From a candidate division FCPU426 bacterium (GTDB taxonomy: Bacteria > Oederibacteriota > Muellerivitia > Muellerivitales > Muellerivitaceae): a stretch of 64,000 nt of DNA. The translations under genes were made by a program, and so were the position numbers. The stretch covers positions 672,001 to 736,000 of the forward strand of contig CAVRAL010000001.1 in assembly GCA_963719085.1 (NCBI GenBank), in the 5' to 3' direction. The notes below the pieces were generated by a model. That model worked only from the letters and a program-made list of their open reading frames with translations. It was not told the DNA's origin and ran no database searches. Of the stretch, positions 32,350 through 42,093 are shown one piece after another; the stretch's first letter is position 1, and the number at the start of each line of letters is the position of its first letter.

Positions 32350-34659
32350 TTGCGCTCTTGGCGGCTCTTGGTTACCAACCTGTCGGTGTATTTTCTGTTT
32401 TTGGCGGCGTTTTCCGCGCCTGTCCTGGCTCAAACTGATGATACCCTTCCCAAAATCGAGAAGATCAACATCGACGGCAATCACAATACGTCCGCCCTGG
32501 TGATCTACGGCCATTTGCGTGAAAAGGAAGGGGATACCTTTTCCTTGCGCAAGGTGCGGGACGACATTCACGAACTTTTCGCCATGGGCGATTTTAAGGA
32601 CGTTCAAGCGGACGCCGCCGCCGGGACCCACGCCAATCAGGTCATCTTAACTTTTACCGTGGTGGAGCGGCCCCAGGTGGGGACGATTACCTTCAAGGGA
32701 AACCGTAAATGGGGCGCTTCCAAGTTCCTCGACGCCATCAAGACGGCGGCCAAGACTCCTTTTGACCCTTCTAAAATGAACGGGGACCTGGACGCCATCC
32801 GCGGCCTTTACCTGGACGAGGGTTACGCTTCCGTCAAGGTGAGTTATGAAAGCCATCTTCAACCGGAAACCAATATCTTGGATTTGCAGTTCGTGATCGA
32901 AGAGGGCACCCAGATCAAGGTGGGGCCGATTGAAATATTGGGCGCGGAGGCTTTCAGCGCGAAAAAAGTCGCCGACCAAATGAAGGACATCCATAAGGGC
33001 GATAAGTACCAGCCCGATAAACTGGACACGGATTTACAACAGATCGAGGATTTTTATCATGACGAGGGTTACTTGCGGGCCGCCGTGGTTTCCCATAAAG
33101 AACGCATTGATCCGGTTTTGCGCCTGGCCTATCTCTCGATCACGGTGAAGGAAGGGATTCAATACACCGTTGGAACCGTTCAATTCGAGGGAAACGTCAT
33201 ATTTGACGACAGTGACATGCAAAAAGCCCTGGTGCTTAAGACCGGGGACCTGCTCCGCCAAAAGGACCTGGATACGGGGCTTCATAATCTGCGCAGCCTT
33301 TACGCGGACAAAGGCTACATCTACGCCAATGTGAACCAGCAGTTGACCTATAACGACGACGCCAAAAAAGTCGATTTGGATTTTAAGGTCACCGAGGGCT
33401 CGGTGGCTTACGTGCAAGACGTGAAGATCGTGGGCAATTATAAGACGCGGGATTATGTCATCCGCCGGGAATTGTTGATCAAGCCGGGCGATAAGTTTGA
33501 GGCCGACTTGGTGCGGGAGTCCGCGGCGGCCCTTTACAACCTGGGCTATTTCGAGGAAGTGAATCCGGAGATCCAGCCGGGCGACACGCCGGGCAAGGAA
33601 ATTTTGGTGTTCCGGGTCAAGGAACGCCAGACCGGGTCCATCAGCGTGGGCGCGGGTTACAGCTCGGTGGAACAATTGGTCGGAAACGTCTCGTTCAAGG
33701 AAGAGAACCTTTTCGGGAAGGGCCAAAAATTCAACGTGGACTTTCAGTTCGGCGCCCTTCAGACCAGCATCGACGCGGGATTCACCGAACCCTGGTTGTT
33801 CAACACGCCGACTTCCCTGAGCGTCCAATTTTTCGACACGACGCAAACCTACAATACCAACGTGCTCGGCAGCTCGACCTCCACCCAGTATTACAATCAA
33901 TACCGGGTCGGCGGCTCGTTGAGCTTAGGCCGCAAGCTGAGCCGTTTTTGGAGCATCTTTGGGACCTATGATTATGAATATGACACGATTTACGGGGTGC
34001 AGCCGCCCTTTGATGATCCGACGAATCCCCAATATGTCCCAAGCTCCCATGGAGCCACGAGCAGCTTCACGCCCCGGCTTGTTTATGATAGCCGGGACAA
34101 TTATTTCGATCCTCACGCGGGATGGAAGCACCAGATTTCCCTGGAGTTCGCCGGCGGCCCCTTGGGCGCCAATTACAACTACATCAAGGCCGTGGAAGAC
34201 ACGAGTCATTTCATCCAGTTGCCGCTCGATTTCGTTTTGGGCGAGCATGTGCGTTTTGGCTTGGCTCAAGCCTATCCTTTCTTGAATTATTACGCCGACC
34301 TTCCGATTTACGATAAGTTTTTCGCCGGCGGCACGGACACCATCCGGGGCTACAACGAGCGAACCGTGGGGCCTTTGAACGGTGGCAACGCGCTTTTCGT
34401 GAACAATTTGGAACTCAAGCACACCCTGGTCGGCCCCTTGCGCGGTGTGATCTTTTTGGACGCGGGAGATTGTTGGACCGATTACATCAACATCAACGGC
34501 GACCTTCAATGGGGCGCGGGGGTGGGCGTGCGCTTGACCATTCCGGGAACCGTCATGGCCATTCGATTGGATTATGGCTGGCCCATCATCACGGACCTGC
34601 CGATATCCTCGGCGCCTCCGGGCGGTGTGCTGCACTTTAATCTCGGGGACATTTTTTAA
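32350..34659 (+). CDS. bamA: Outer membrane protein assembly factor BamA
   Basis: TTG after GGAGG; signal peptide; POTRA repeats (GN...GY); KERQTGS, NLFGKGQ, FTEPWLF, GGTDTIRGY, RLDYGWP; terminal Phe. Confidence 0.93.
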   Translation: MRSWRLLVTNLSVYFLFLAAFSAPVLAQTDDTLPKIEKINIDGNHNTSALVIYGHLREKEGDTFSLRKVRDDIHELFAMGDFKDVQADAAAGTHANQVILTFTVVERPQVGTITFKGNRKWGASKFLDAIKTAAKTPFDPSKMNGDLDAIRGLYLDEGYASVKVSYESHLQPETNILDLQFVIEEGTQIKVGPIEILGAEAFSAKKVADQMKDIHKGDKYQPDKLDTDLQQIEDFYHDEGYLRAAVVSHKERIDPVLRLAYLSITVKEGIQYTVGTVQFEGNVIFDDSDMQKALVLKTGDLLRQKDLDTGLHNLRSLYADKGYIYANVNQQLTYNDDAKKVDLDFKVTEGSVAYVQDVKIVGNYKTRDYVIRRELLIKPGDKFEADLVRESAAALYNLGYFEEVNPEIQPGDTPGKEILVFRVKERQTGSISVGAGYSSVEQLVGNVSFKEENLFGKGQKFNVDFQFGALQTSIDAGFTEPWLFNTPTSLSVQFFDTTQTYNTNVLGSSTSTQYYNQYRVGGSLSLGRKLSRFWSIFGTYDYEYDTIYGVQPPFDDPTNPQYVPSSHGATSSFTPRLVYDSRDNYFDPHAGWKHQISLEFAGGPLGANYNYIKAVEDTSHFIQLPLDFVLGEHVRFGLAQAYPFLNYYADLPIYDKFFAGGTDTIRGYNERTVGPLNGGNALFVNNLELKHTLVGPLRGVIFLDAGDCWTDYININGDLQWGAGVGVRLTIPGTVMAIRLDYGWPIITDLPISSAPPGGVLHFNLGDIF

Positions 34660-34671
34660 ATCGAACGCTTT

Positions 34672-34764
34672 GAACCACCGACGCGGACAGATCAAGGCGG
34701 ATAACGTCGGATAAGTTTCCAGATCTTTTTTGATTTTAGAATCATCTGTGCGCAACTGTGGTTC
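34672..34764. repeat. Degenerate inverted-repeat element E5 (ACAGAT/CGGAT type)
   Basis: gaaccaccgacgcggacagat / atctgtgcgcaactgtggttc, 17 of 21 complementary; extra 10-nt-spaced GGAT units on the left. Confidence 0.65.
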
Positions 34765-34806
34765 CAGCCTATTGTTGTGGATTTGCTTTTCGCCTATGAT
34801 TTCCCC

Positions 34807-35580
34807 ATGAAAATCTTGCTGACCAACGACGATGGATTTGACGCTCCGGGCCTCCAGGCCCTTGTGGAGGCCATTCGGCCTTTGGGCGACATCGCGGTGG
34901 CGGCCCCGAACGAGCAGGCCAGCGCCAGCGGCCATTCCATTTCGCTTCACGCTTCCATCAAAGTCGCCTCGGACAACCGGTTTGGCCTCGAGCAAGCTTT
35001 TCGCGTTTCCAGCACCCCGGCGGATTGCGTCCGGTTGGCGGTGCTTCAACTTTTGTCTTGGAAGCCTGATTTGGTTGTATCCGGCGTGAATCAAGGCGCG
35101 AATTACGGATCCCTGATTTTTTACTCCGGGACAGTGGCGGCGGCGGCCGAGGCCGCGCTTTTGGGGATTCCTTCCATGGCGGTTTCGCTTACCAGCCATA
35201 CCTCCCATGATTTCGCGGCCGCCGCCTTCTATGCCAAACAGTTGGCCCGGCAAATCGCCGAAAGAGGTTTGGAGCCGGGTGTTCTTTTGAACGTGAATGT
35301 GCCGCCGTTACCCGCGTCAAAACTGCGGGGGATCGCCTTAACGCATCAGGGGAAGTTCAGGCACGTGGACGATTTGGCGCCCCATCCGGAAATGGAAGGG
35401 CATTACCGCTATGTTTTGGACAGTCCCACCGCGCCGTCCGAGGAAGATCCGGATTCGGATGTGGCCCGGGTCCGGTCCGGATATGTTTCGGTCACACCGC
35501 TCCATTTGGACTTGACCGCCAAACAGGGATTTCATCATTTCGCCAAGTGGCCTTGGGGGGATGAACCATGGATGGATTGA
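34807..35580 (+). CDS. surE: 5'/3'-nucleotidase SurE
   Basis: ILLTNDDG, TPADCV, SGVNQGAN, YSGTVAAA, LNVNVP, VSVTPL. Confidence 0.95.
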   Translation: MKILLTNDDGFDAPGLQALVEAIRPLGDIAVAAPNEQASASGHSISLHASIKVASDNRFGLEQAFRVSSTPADCVRLAVLQLLSWKPDLVVSGVNQGANYGSLIFYSGTVAAAAEAALLGIPSMAVSLTSHTSHDFAAAAFYAKQLARQIAERGLEPGVLLNVNVPPLPASKLRGIALTHQGKFRHVDDLAPHPEMEGHYRYVLDSPTAPSEEDPDSDVARVRSGYVSVTPLHLDLTAKQGFHHFAKWPWGDEPWMD

Positions 35581-36641
35581 GCCCCGGTTCCCGGTTGGCG
35601 GTGGGTTCGTTGCCGCATTTGGACGCGCCCGCGGCGGTCCAGTCCCAGCTGCGTTTTTTCGCTGAAATACCGGCCTGGCCTCAATTGCCCAAACGTTCCC
35701 CTAAGGAAGAAATGCTGCGCCAAGGGCTCTTGGGGATCCCGGGGATGGTTTGGACCGATTCCCAGAAGCCCTTGTGGACTTTACGTCCCGCGGATACGGA
35801 GGAGGCTTTGGATCTTTTAGCCTCCGAAAATGAGGCGGCTAAGCTCCACCGGGCGTCTTTTCACCAGGACGAGGCGCCGGGATTCGAGCTGCTTTTGGAA
35901 ATTTTGAAACGGGACAAACTGGAAGGCGTAAAGGCCGTGAAAGGGCAGTGCGTGGGGCCCGTGACCTTAGGGCTTCATCTGATGGATGAGACGGGGCAAC
36001 CCGCGCTTTTCTCAAAATCCCACATGGAAGTTTTGGTGGAGTATTTGGTGATGCATGCCCGGTGGCAGGCGATGCGGCTGGCGCAGGCGGGAAAACCGGT
36101 GGTCTTTTTTATTGATGAACCCGCGGTGAATGGTTTGTTCGAGCCGGAAACCTATGGTTTAAAATGGTCGGATCTGGACCGATGGTATGATGGGCTGCTG
36201 GGCCGCCTTCAGGACGAAGGAATCTTAACTGGCATCCATAGTTGCGGCTCCGGACCCTGGGATTGGGTGTTTCGAACCCCCGCCGAAATTTTTCATTTGG
36301 ACGCTTTTCGATACTTCGACGAGATTGAGCGTCAAGCCGGGGCCTTCAGCGCCTTCATGCGAAAAGGGGGAGTGGTGGCGTGGGGATTGGTGCCCACGCA
36401 AAAGACCCGGGGCGCATTCCCGGAGCCGGCTGAACTTTTAACCCGGTGGGCCGATGGGGTGAAAAGCCTGGCCCGAAAAGGTTTGGCGCCCGCGGAAATC
36501 GCGGGGCGGTCCTTTTTCTCGACTTCCTGCGGATTGGGATTGAGCGGCATGCCGATGGCGGAAGAAGCCGTTCGTTGTTTGGATATGTTGGTGACGCTTT
36601 GGAAAGTGGAAATGGAGTCCGGTTTTGACCGGTCTTTTTAA
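35568..36641 (+). CDS. Stand-alone core (MetE catalytic-domain-like) methionine synthase family protein
   Basis: VGSLPH, PAWPQLP, KGQCVGPVT, IDEP, candidate Zn ligands HSC and TSCG, WGLVPT; only 357 aa. Confidence 0.75.
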   Translation: MDGLSPGSRLAVGSLPHLDAPAAVQSQLRFFAEIPAWPQLPKRSPKEEMLRQGLLGIPGMVWTDSQKPLWTLRPADTEEALDLLASENEAAKLHRASFHQDEAPGFELLLEILKRDKLEGVKAVKGQCVGPVTLGLHLMDETGQPALFSKSHMEVLVEYLVMHARWQAMRLAQAGKPVVFFIDEPAVNGLFEPETYGLKWSDLDRWYDGLLGRLQDEGILTGIHSCGSGPWDWVFRTPAEIFHLDAFRYFDEIERQAGAFSAFMRKGGVVAWGLVPTQKTRGAFPEPAELLTRWADGVKSLARKGLAPAEIAGRSFFSTSCGLGLSGMPMAEEAVRCLDMLVTLWKVEMESGFDRSF

Positions 36642-36650
36642 GGGAGCGAC

Positions 36651-37028
36651 ATGAAATTGCGCAATGACTCAAAGTCAACCTGGGTGGCGTTGGGGATGAT
36701 GATTTTGGCTTGCGCCGCGGTTTGGTTTCTAACCGAGCCCTATGAGTCGCAGGCCGCGGCTTTTTGCGGCGGATTGGCTTACATCGGTTGGTTTCCGTAT
36801 TTGACTTTGTTCGGTTTGTTTTTGACCGCCCGGATCAAAAGGAACATTTTGCTTTTTTGGTTCTTGTTCAATTTGGCGGCCGATTCAGCCTTGCGTCTTC
36901 ATGTCTTAATGGGAGCCCGGGATTTGTTCAGCCTATTTTTGTTGTTGGCCCTGCCGTTTATTTTTTGCGTTTGTTTGACCACGCTTTTTGTTTATTCCTT
37001 TGATAAACGCAACGGCCCCGAACTCTGA
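36651..37028 (+). CDS. Hypothetical small membrane protein (about 4 TM)
   Basis: GGGAG RBS, ATG start, hydrophobic helices. Confidence 0.55.
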   Translation: MKLRNDSKSTWVALGMMILACAAVWFLTEPYESQAAAFCGGLAYIGWFPYLTLFGLFLTARIKRNILLFWFLFNLAADSALRLHVLMGARDLFSLFLLLALPFIFCVCLTTLFVYSFDKRNGPEL

Positions 37029-37057
37029 TACAGGCGCCAATAAGGCGAAAATATTTC

Positions 37058-37144
37058 GCAATGATTCAGGCGGATGAAAGCCGATTTAGAACAAAATGTT
37101 CATTCGGATGTTTTTTATCGGTGTCAATCGGCTTTTATCATTGC
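37058..37144. repeat. Degenerate inverted-repeat element E6 (CAATGAT...CCGAT type)
   Basis: gcaatgattcaggcggatgaaagccgat / atcggtgtcaatcggcttttatcattgc. Confidence 0.7.
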
Positions 37145-37324
37145 TGAATTGCATTTGATTTTGTCTTTAAAACCGCTTGGTTTTTTTGTTGGTGGCGGAC
37201 GCCAAGTCACTTATACTGTGCGCGCTTTCTCCTCTTGCCATTCCACGCTTTTTCGACACAAGCTTTTCTTTTTCCAGCCGGGTTCTTGTCAGGCCGTTAT
37301 TTCGTTTCTCTCGAGGGGGTTTTT

Positions 37325-38623
37325 TTGATCGCGCGTTACACGCTGCCGGAAATGGGACGCCTTTGGTCCGAAGACGCGAAATTCAACGCTTGGTTGAAAG
37401 TGGAAGTGGCCGCCTGCGAGGCCTGGGCCAAACTTAAAAAAATACCCGCCAAGGATTTGGCGATCATCAAGAAAAAAGCCCGGTTCAGCGTGCCCCGGAT
37501 TGAGGCGATCGAGCGCAAAACCAACCACGACTTGATCGCCTTCCTCACCTCGGTGGCTGAGTTTGTGGGTCCCTCGTCCCGTTTCATTCATTTAGGCCTG
37601 ACTTCCACCGATGTGGTGGACACCGCCCAATCCCTTCAACTGGTTCAGGCCACCGATCTTTTGGCCTCCCAGTTGGCGAAGCTTCGATCCATCTTGAAAG
37701 TCCAAGCGATCAAGCACCGTCATTCCATGATGATCGGGCGCACCCACGGGGTGCACGCTGAGCCGGTGACTTTTGGCCTCAAGATGGCCCTGTGGTTTGA
37801 TGAGGTGGGCCGCCACCAAGAACGCCTGACCATGGCGCGCCGCCAGATCGCGGTGGGTAAAATCTCCGGCGCGGTAGGCACCTTCGCCAATATCGACCCC
37901 AAGGTTGAGGAGCAAGTCTGCCGGATCTTAAAACTCAAGCCCGCGCCGGTTTCCACCCAGACCCTGCAGCGCGACCGCCTGGCTTTTTACCTGTCGGTTT
38001 TGGCCGGCATCGGGAACTCGTTGGAAAAATTCGCCACCGAGATCCGCAATCTACAACGCACCGAATTGTTGGAAGCCGAGGAGTTTTTCGCCGAAGGCCA
38101 AAAGGGGTCTTCCGCCATGCCGCATAAACGAAATCCGCTGACCTGCGAAAGGGTGGCGGGACTTTCCCGGGTGATGCGGGGCTACGCCTTGGCGGCGCAG
38201 GAAGACGTGGCGCTATGGCACGAGCGGGATATCACCCACTCTTCCGTGGAACGGGTGATTTTGCCGGACGCCACCATTTGCCTTCATTACATGTTGGCGA
38301 AATTCATCGGAGTCATGGAAAAACTGAATGTTTATCCCGAGCGCATGCTTAAAAATATCCAATTGACCCGGGGACTGGTCTCCTCCCAGCAGGTGCTTTT
38401 GGCCCTGGTGAAGAAGGGCCTGACGCGTGAAAAGGCCTATGCCATCGTCCAACGCAACGCCTTGAACGCCTGGAAGAATGAGCTTAACTTTAAGGACCTG
38501 GTCCGCCGGGACCCGGAAGTGCACTCTAAACTCAGCCACGAGGAGATCGAAAAATGTTTCGATCTCTCGTACCATTTAAAGAACGTGGATTACATCCTGA
38601 AAAGGGCCGGAATCTTTAAATAA
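37325..38623 (+). CDS. purB: Adenylosuccinate lyase
   Basis: IARYT, HLGLTSTD, GRTHGVHAEP, GSSAMPHKRNP, LWHERDITHSS. Confidence 0.97.
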   Translation: MIARYTLPEMGRLWSEDAKFNAWLKVEVAACEAWAKLKKIPAKDLAIIKKKARFSVPRIEAIERKTNHDLIAFLTSVAEFVGPSSRFIHLGLTSTDVVDTAQSLQLVQATDLLASQLAKLRSILKVQAIKHRHSMMIGRTHGVHAEPVTFGLKMALWFDEVGRHQERLTMARRQIAVGKISGAVGTFANIDPKVEEQVCRILKLKPAPVSTQTLQRDRLAFYLSVLAGIGNSLEKFATEIRNLQRTELLEAEEFFAEGQKGSSAMPHKRNPLTCERVAGLSRVMRGYALAAQEDVALWHERDITHSSVERVILPDATICLHYMLAKFIGVMEKLNVYPERMLKNIQLTRGLVSSQQVLLALVKKGLTREKAYAIVQRNALNAWKNELNFKDLVRRDPEVHSKLSHEEIEKCFDLSYHLKNVDYILKRAGIFK

Positions 38624-38629
38624 AACCTG

Positions 38630-38726
38630 TTTCACCGCCAAGACGCCAAGTGCGGCGATGACAATCAGGGTTTAAACGGGGATGGTTAAAATATTTTTTG
38701 TTGTTCTTGGCGTCTTGGCGGTGAAA
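38630..38726. repeat. Long inverted-repeat element E7 (CGCCAAG type)
   Basis: Perfect 21-bp arms tttcaccgccaagacgccaag / cttggcgtcttggcggtgaaa. Confidence 0.92.
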
Positions 38727-38767
38727 ATTGTTTTTGAAGTTACAGTTATCCAGGTAAGGAGCCGCGA

Positions 38768-39022
38768 ATGGGCTGGCACGTGAATGTTTATGTGACGTTG
38801 AAACCTTCGGTGATGGACCCGCAGGGCGCCACCGTGCAGCGGGCGCTGGCCCAAATGGGTTACGACAAGGTTTCGAGGGTGCGGTTGGGAAAATTCACCG
38901 AGATGGAATTTGACGGCGCTTTATCCGAGGCTGAGGTGAAGAAACAGACGGATGAGATTTGCGACAAGCTGTTGGCCAACCCGAACATTGAAAGCTACCG
39001 CTTTACCGTGGAGAAAAAATAA
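38768..39022 (+). CDS. purS: FGAM synthase subunit PurS
   Basis: [23 protein letters not shown]. Confidence 0.95.
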   Translation: MGWHVNVYVTLKPSVMDPQGATVQRALAQMGYDKVSRVRLGKFTEMEFDGALSEAEVKKQTDEICDKLLANPNIESYRFTVEKK

Positions 39023-39023
39023 G

Positions 39024-39719
39024 ATGAAATTCTCGGTCGTCGTTTTTCCCGGTTCCAACTGTGATCATGACTGCGAGACCACGCTTCGGGACGTCATGGG
39101 CCAGCCGGTGGAGATGATTTGGCATAAAGATACGGACCTCAAAAAGCCCGATTGCGTGATCGTGCCAGGCGGTTTTTCTTACGGCGACTACCTGCGCACG
39201 GGCGCCATCGCCCGCTTTAGCCCGGTCATGAAATCCGTGGCCGATTTCGCCGCCAAGGGCGGTTTGGTGATGGGCATCTGCAATGGTTTTCAAATTCTTT
39301 GTGAGGCCAAGCTTTTGCCCGGGGCGCTTTTGAAAAACCGGAGCCTTCAATTCATCTGCAAGGAAGTTTATCTGCGTTTGGAACAAGAAAAGACGCCTTT
39401 TACCAGCGCCGGTAAGCCGGGCCAAGTCTTGAAAATTCCCATCGCGCATGGGGAAGGCAATTATTTTATCGACGCGGACGGTTTGAAACGGCTGAAGGAC
39501 CAGGGTCAAGTGGTGGTCCGCTATTGCGACGAGAAAGGCCGGACCACCGACGCCGGCAATCCGAACGGTTCGTTGGACAACATCGCCGGTATCTGCGGCG
39601 AGAAAAGAAACGTCTTTGGCCTGATGCCGCATCCCGACCGCTCCAGCGAATCCGCTTTAGGCAGTAACGACGGCCGCCTCTTCTGGGAATCTCTGTTAAA
39701 CGCGGCGGTAAAAGCGTGA
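39024..39719 (+). CDS. purQ: FGAM synthase glutaminase subunit PurQ
   Basis: [37 protein letters not shown]. Confidence 0.96.
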   Translation: MKFSVVVFPGSNCDHDCETTLRDVMGQPVEMIWHKDTDLKKPDCVIVPGGFSYGDYLRTGAIARFSPVMKSVADFAAKGGLVMGICNGFQILCEAKLLPGALLKNRSLQFICKEVYLRLEQEKTPFTSAGKPGQVLKIPIAHGEGNYFIDADGLKRLKDQGQVVVRYCDEKGRTTDAGNPNGSLDNIAGICGEKRNVFGLMPHPDRSSESALGSNDGRLFWESLLNAAVKA

Positions 39720-41938
39720 GCCCCGTGACGATTGAAATCACTCCCGAAATCGTCAAAGAACACGGCCTGAAACCGGATGAATACGATCGGATTTTAAAAA
39801 TTTTGGGGCGTAAGCCCAATATGACCGAGTTGGGCGTTTATTCGGTCATGTGGTCCGAGCATTGCGGCTATAAACACTCGAAAGAAGTTCTTCGAAAATT
39901 CACCACCACCGGCGCCAAGGTGCTTCAGGGCCCGGGCGAAAACGCCGGTATTATGGATATCGGGGAAGGCTGGGCGGTGGCGTTCAAAGTCGAAAGCCAT
40001 AACCATCCTTCGGCGGTGGAACCCTATCAAGGCGCGGCCACGGGCGTGGGTGGAATCTTGCGCGACATCTTCACCATGGGCGCCAGGCCCATCGCGAATT
40101 TAAATTCCCTGCGGTTTGGGCCCTTGGCGCTTCCCAAGGTGAAACATCTTTTTACCGGTGTGGTGCGGGGCATCGCCGATTACGGCAATTGCATGGGAAT
40201 CCCGACCGTGGCCGGGGAAGTGGTTTTTGACGAGACCTATACCGATAACTGCCTGGTCAATGCCATGAGTGTGGGGCTGGTGCGGCATGAGCACATCATC
40301 CGGGGCAAGGCCACGGGTGTGGGCAACAAGGTCATTTATATCGGCGCCACCACGGGCCGGGACGGTATCCATGGGGCGACCTTCGCCTCGACCGAGATCA
40401 GCCAAGAATCCCAAGAAAAACGCAGCGCGGTGCAAGTGGCCGACCCCTTCATGGAAAAACTTTTGATGGAAGCCACGCTGGAACTTATTCATGGGGACCT
40501 TTTGATCGGAATTCAGGATATGGGCGCGGCGGGTTTGACCTGTTCGACCTGCGAGATGGCCAGCCGGGGCGGCGCGGGTATTGAGATTGACGTGGCCAAG
40601 GTCCCCCAGCGCGAATCGGGCATGACAGCCTATGAAATTCTTCTTTCGGAGTCCCAGGAGCGGATGCTTTTGGTCGCCAAACCCGGATGCGAGCAAAAGG
40701 TCCATGAGGTTTTGGCCAAGTGGGATCTGCACGCGGCCACCATCGGCCATGTGACTGACACGGGCATGATGGTCGTTAAAGAGAACGGCAAAATCGTGGT
40801 GGAAGTCCCGGCGGAGTCCTTGACCGAGCCCCCGATTTATCACCCGGCTAAAAGCGAACCGGAGATTTTAAAAAAGCACAAAGCCTTTGATGAGTCCTCG
40901 ATTCCCGAGCCCCAAGACGCCACCGAGGTTTTGCTCAAGCTTTTAGCGGATCCGACCATTGCCAGCAAGCGCTGGGTTTACCAACAATATGACCATATGG
41001 TCCGGACTAACACTTATGTTCGTCCGGGTTCGGACGCCGCTGTGGTCCGGGTGAAGGGCACCTCCCTCGGCTTGGCCATGACCATTGACGGCAATGGCGC
41101 TTACTGCGCGCTGGATCCTTATGAAGGCGGCAAAATTGTGGTGGCGGAAGCGGCCCGGAACATCGCCTGCTCGGGCGCTGAGCCCTTCGGCATGACCGAT
41201 TGCCTCAATTATGGAAGTCCCGAAAAGCCCGAGGTGTTTTATATGTTCGAGCGTTCGGTCTCCGGCGTGGCGGACGCTTCGGCGTTTTTGAAAATCCCGG
41301 TGACCGGCGGCAACGTCTCGCTTTACAACGAAAGCCCCCAAGGCGCGATTGATCCGACCCCCATTGTGGGCATGATCGGGCTTTTTAAAGACGTCTCCAA
41401 ACGGGTGACCCAGTGGTTTAAAAATGACGGGGACTTCATCTATTTACTCGGCAATATCGGCGATTCCATTGGTGCCAGCCGTTATTTGCACCTGCTCCAT
41501 GGTAAAAAGACCGGCTTATGCCCACAATTGGATCTGGAAGCCGAACAAAAATTACACCGGGCCCTGATCAATTTGGCGCAAGAAAGCGTGCTTCAAAGCG
41601 CGCATGATTGCTCGGATGGCGGATTCGCGGTGGCTTTGGCCGAAAGCTGTTTTAGCGGTTTTACCCATGAGCAAAGCCTCAGGGGCGCGGCGGTTAAATT
41701 GCCGGGGTCCGGCCGTCTGGATGGCCGGCTCTTTGGCGAAGCGCAATCCCGGGTGGTTGTTTCTTGTCAACCAGGGATGGCCGGGCGTTTGGAAGCGGAG
41801 ATGAAGAAACAGGGCGTGCCGTTTGAGAAAATCGGCCTAGTGGGCGGCGACAGCTTGACCATTGATTCGGTGGTGAAAGTTTCAACACAAAAAGCCGCGG
41901 ATTTGTTCTTCCAGGCTATTGAAAAAGTGATGGCTTAA
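39716..41938 (+). CDS. purL: FGAM synthase subunit PurL (small type)
   Basis: [39 protein letters not shown]. Confidence 0.97.
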   Translation: MSPVTIEITPEIVKEHGLKPDEYDRILKILGRKPNMTELGVYSVMWSEHCGYKHSKEVLRKFTTTGAKVLQGPGENAGIMDIGEGWAVAFKVESHNHPSAVEPYQGAATGVGGILRDIFTMGARPIANLNSLRFGPLALPKVKHLFTGVVRGIADYGNCMGIPTVAGEVVFDETYTDNCLVNAMSVGLVRHEHIIRGKATGVGNKVIYIGATTGRDGIHGATFASTEISQESQEKRSAVQVADPFMEKLLMEATLELIHGDLLIGIQDMGAAGLTCSTCEMASRGGAGIEIDVAKVPQRESGMTAYEILLSESQERMLLVAKPGCEQKVHEVLAKWDLHAATIGHVTDTGMMVVKENGKIVVEVPAESLTEPPIYHPAKSEPEILKKHKAFDESSIPEPQDATEVLLKLLADPTIASKRWVYQQYDHMVRTNTYVRPGSDAAVVRVKGTSLGLAMTIDGNGAYCALDPYEGGKIVVAEAARNIACSGAEPFGMTDCLNYGSPEKPEVFYMFERSVSGVADASAFLKIPVTGGNVSLYNESPQGAIDPTPIVGMIGLFKDVSKRVTQWFKNDGDFIYLLGNIGDSIGASRYLHLLHGKKTGLCPQLDLEAEQKLHRALINLAQESVLQSAHDCSDGGFAVALAESCFSGFTHEQSLRGAAVKLPGSGRLDGRLFGEAQSRVVVSCQPGMAGRLEAEMKKQGVPFEKIGLVGGDSLTIDSVVKVSTQKAADLFFQAIEKVMA

Positions 41939-41974
41939 TCTTTTATTTAAAAAAAGATAGGCGAAGGCAATTTT

Positions 41975-42051
41975 ACAATGATGAACGCAGATGGACGCCG
42001 ATGAAAATCAAATCAAATGATTTATCAGCGTTTATCCGCGTCCATCATTGT
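41975..42051. repeat. Inverted-repeat element E8 (CAATGAT...ACGCAGAT type)
   Basis: acaatgatgaacgcagatggacgccgatgaa / ttatcagcgtttatccgcgtccatcattgt. Confidence 0.85.
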
Positions 42052-42093
42052 TCCAAAGATTTTTGCCGTTAGTTTTAAATCTAAAATGGGGAA

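Noticed and set aside
33925..35253. 442-aa minus-strand ORF
   Set aside because: Antisense shadow of bamA and surE with no recognisable motifs.
37145..37324. Purine/ZTP riboswitch or PurR box ahead of purB
   Set aside because: The leader is pyrimidine-rich with no recognisable aptamer consensus. An Rfam scan would be needed to exclude one fully.
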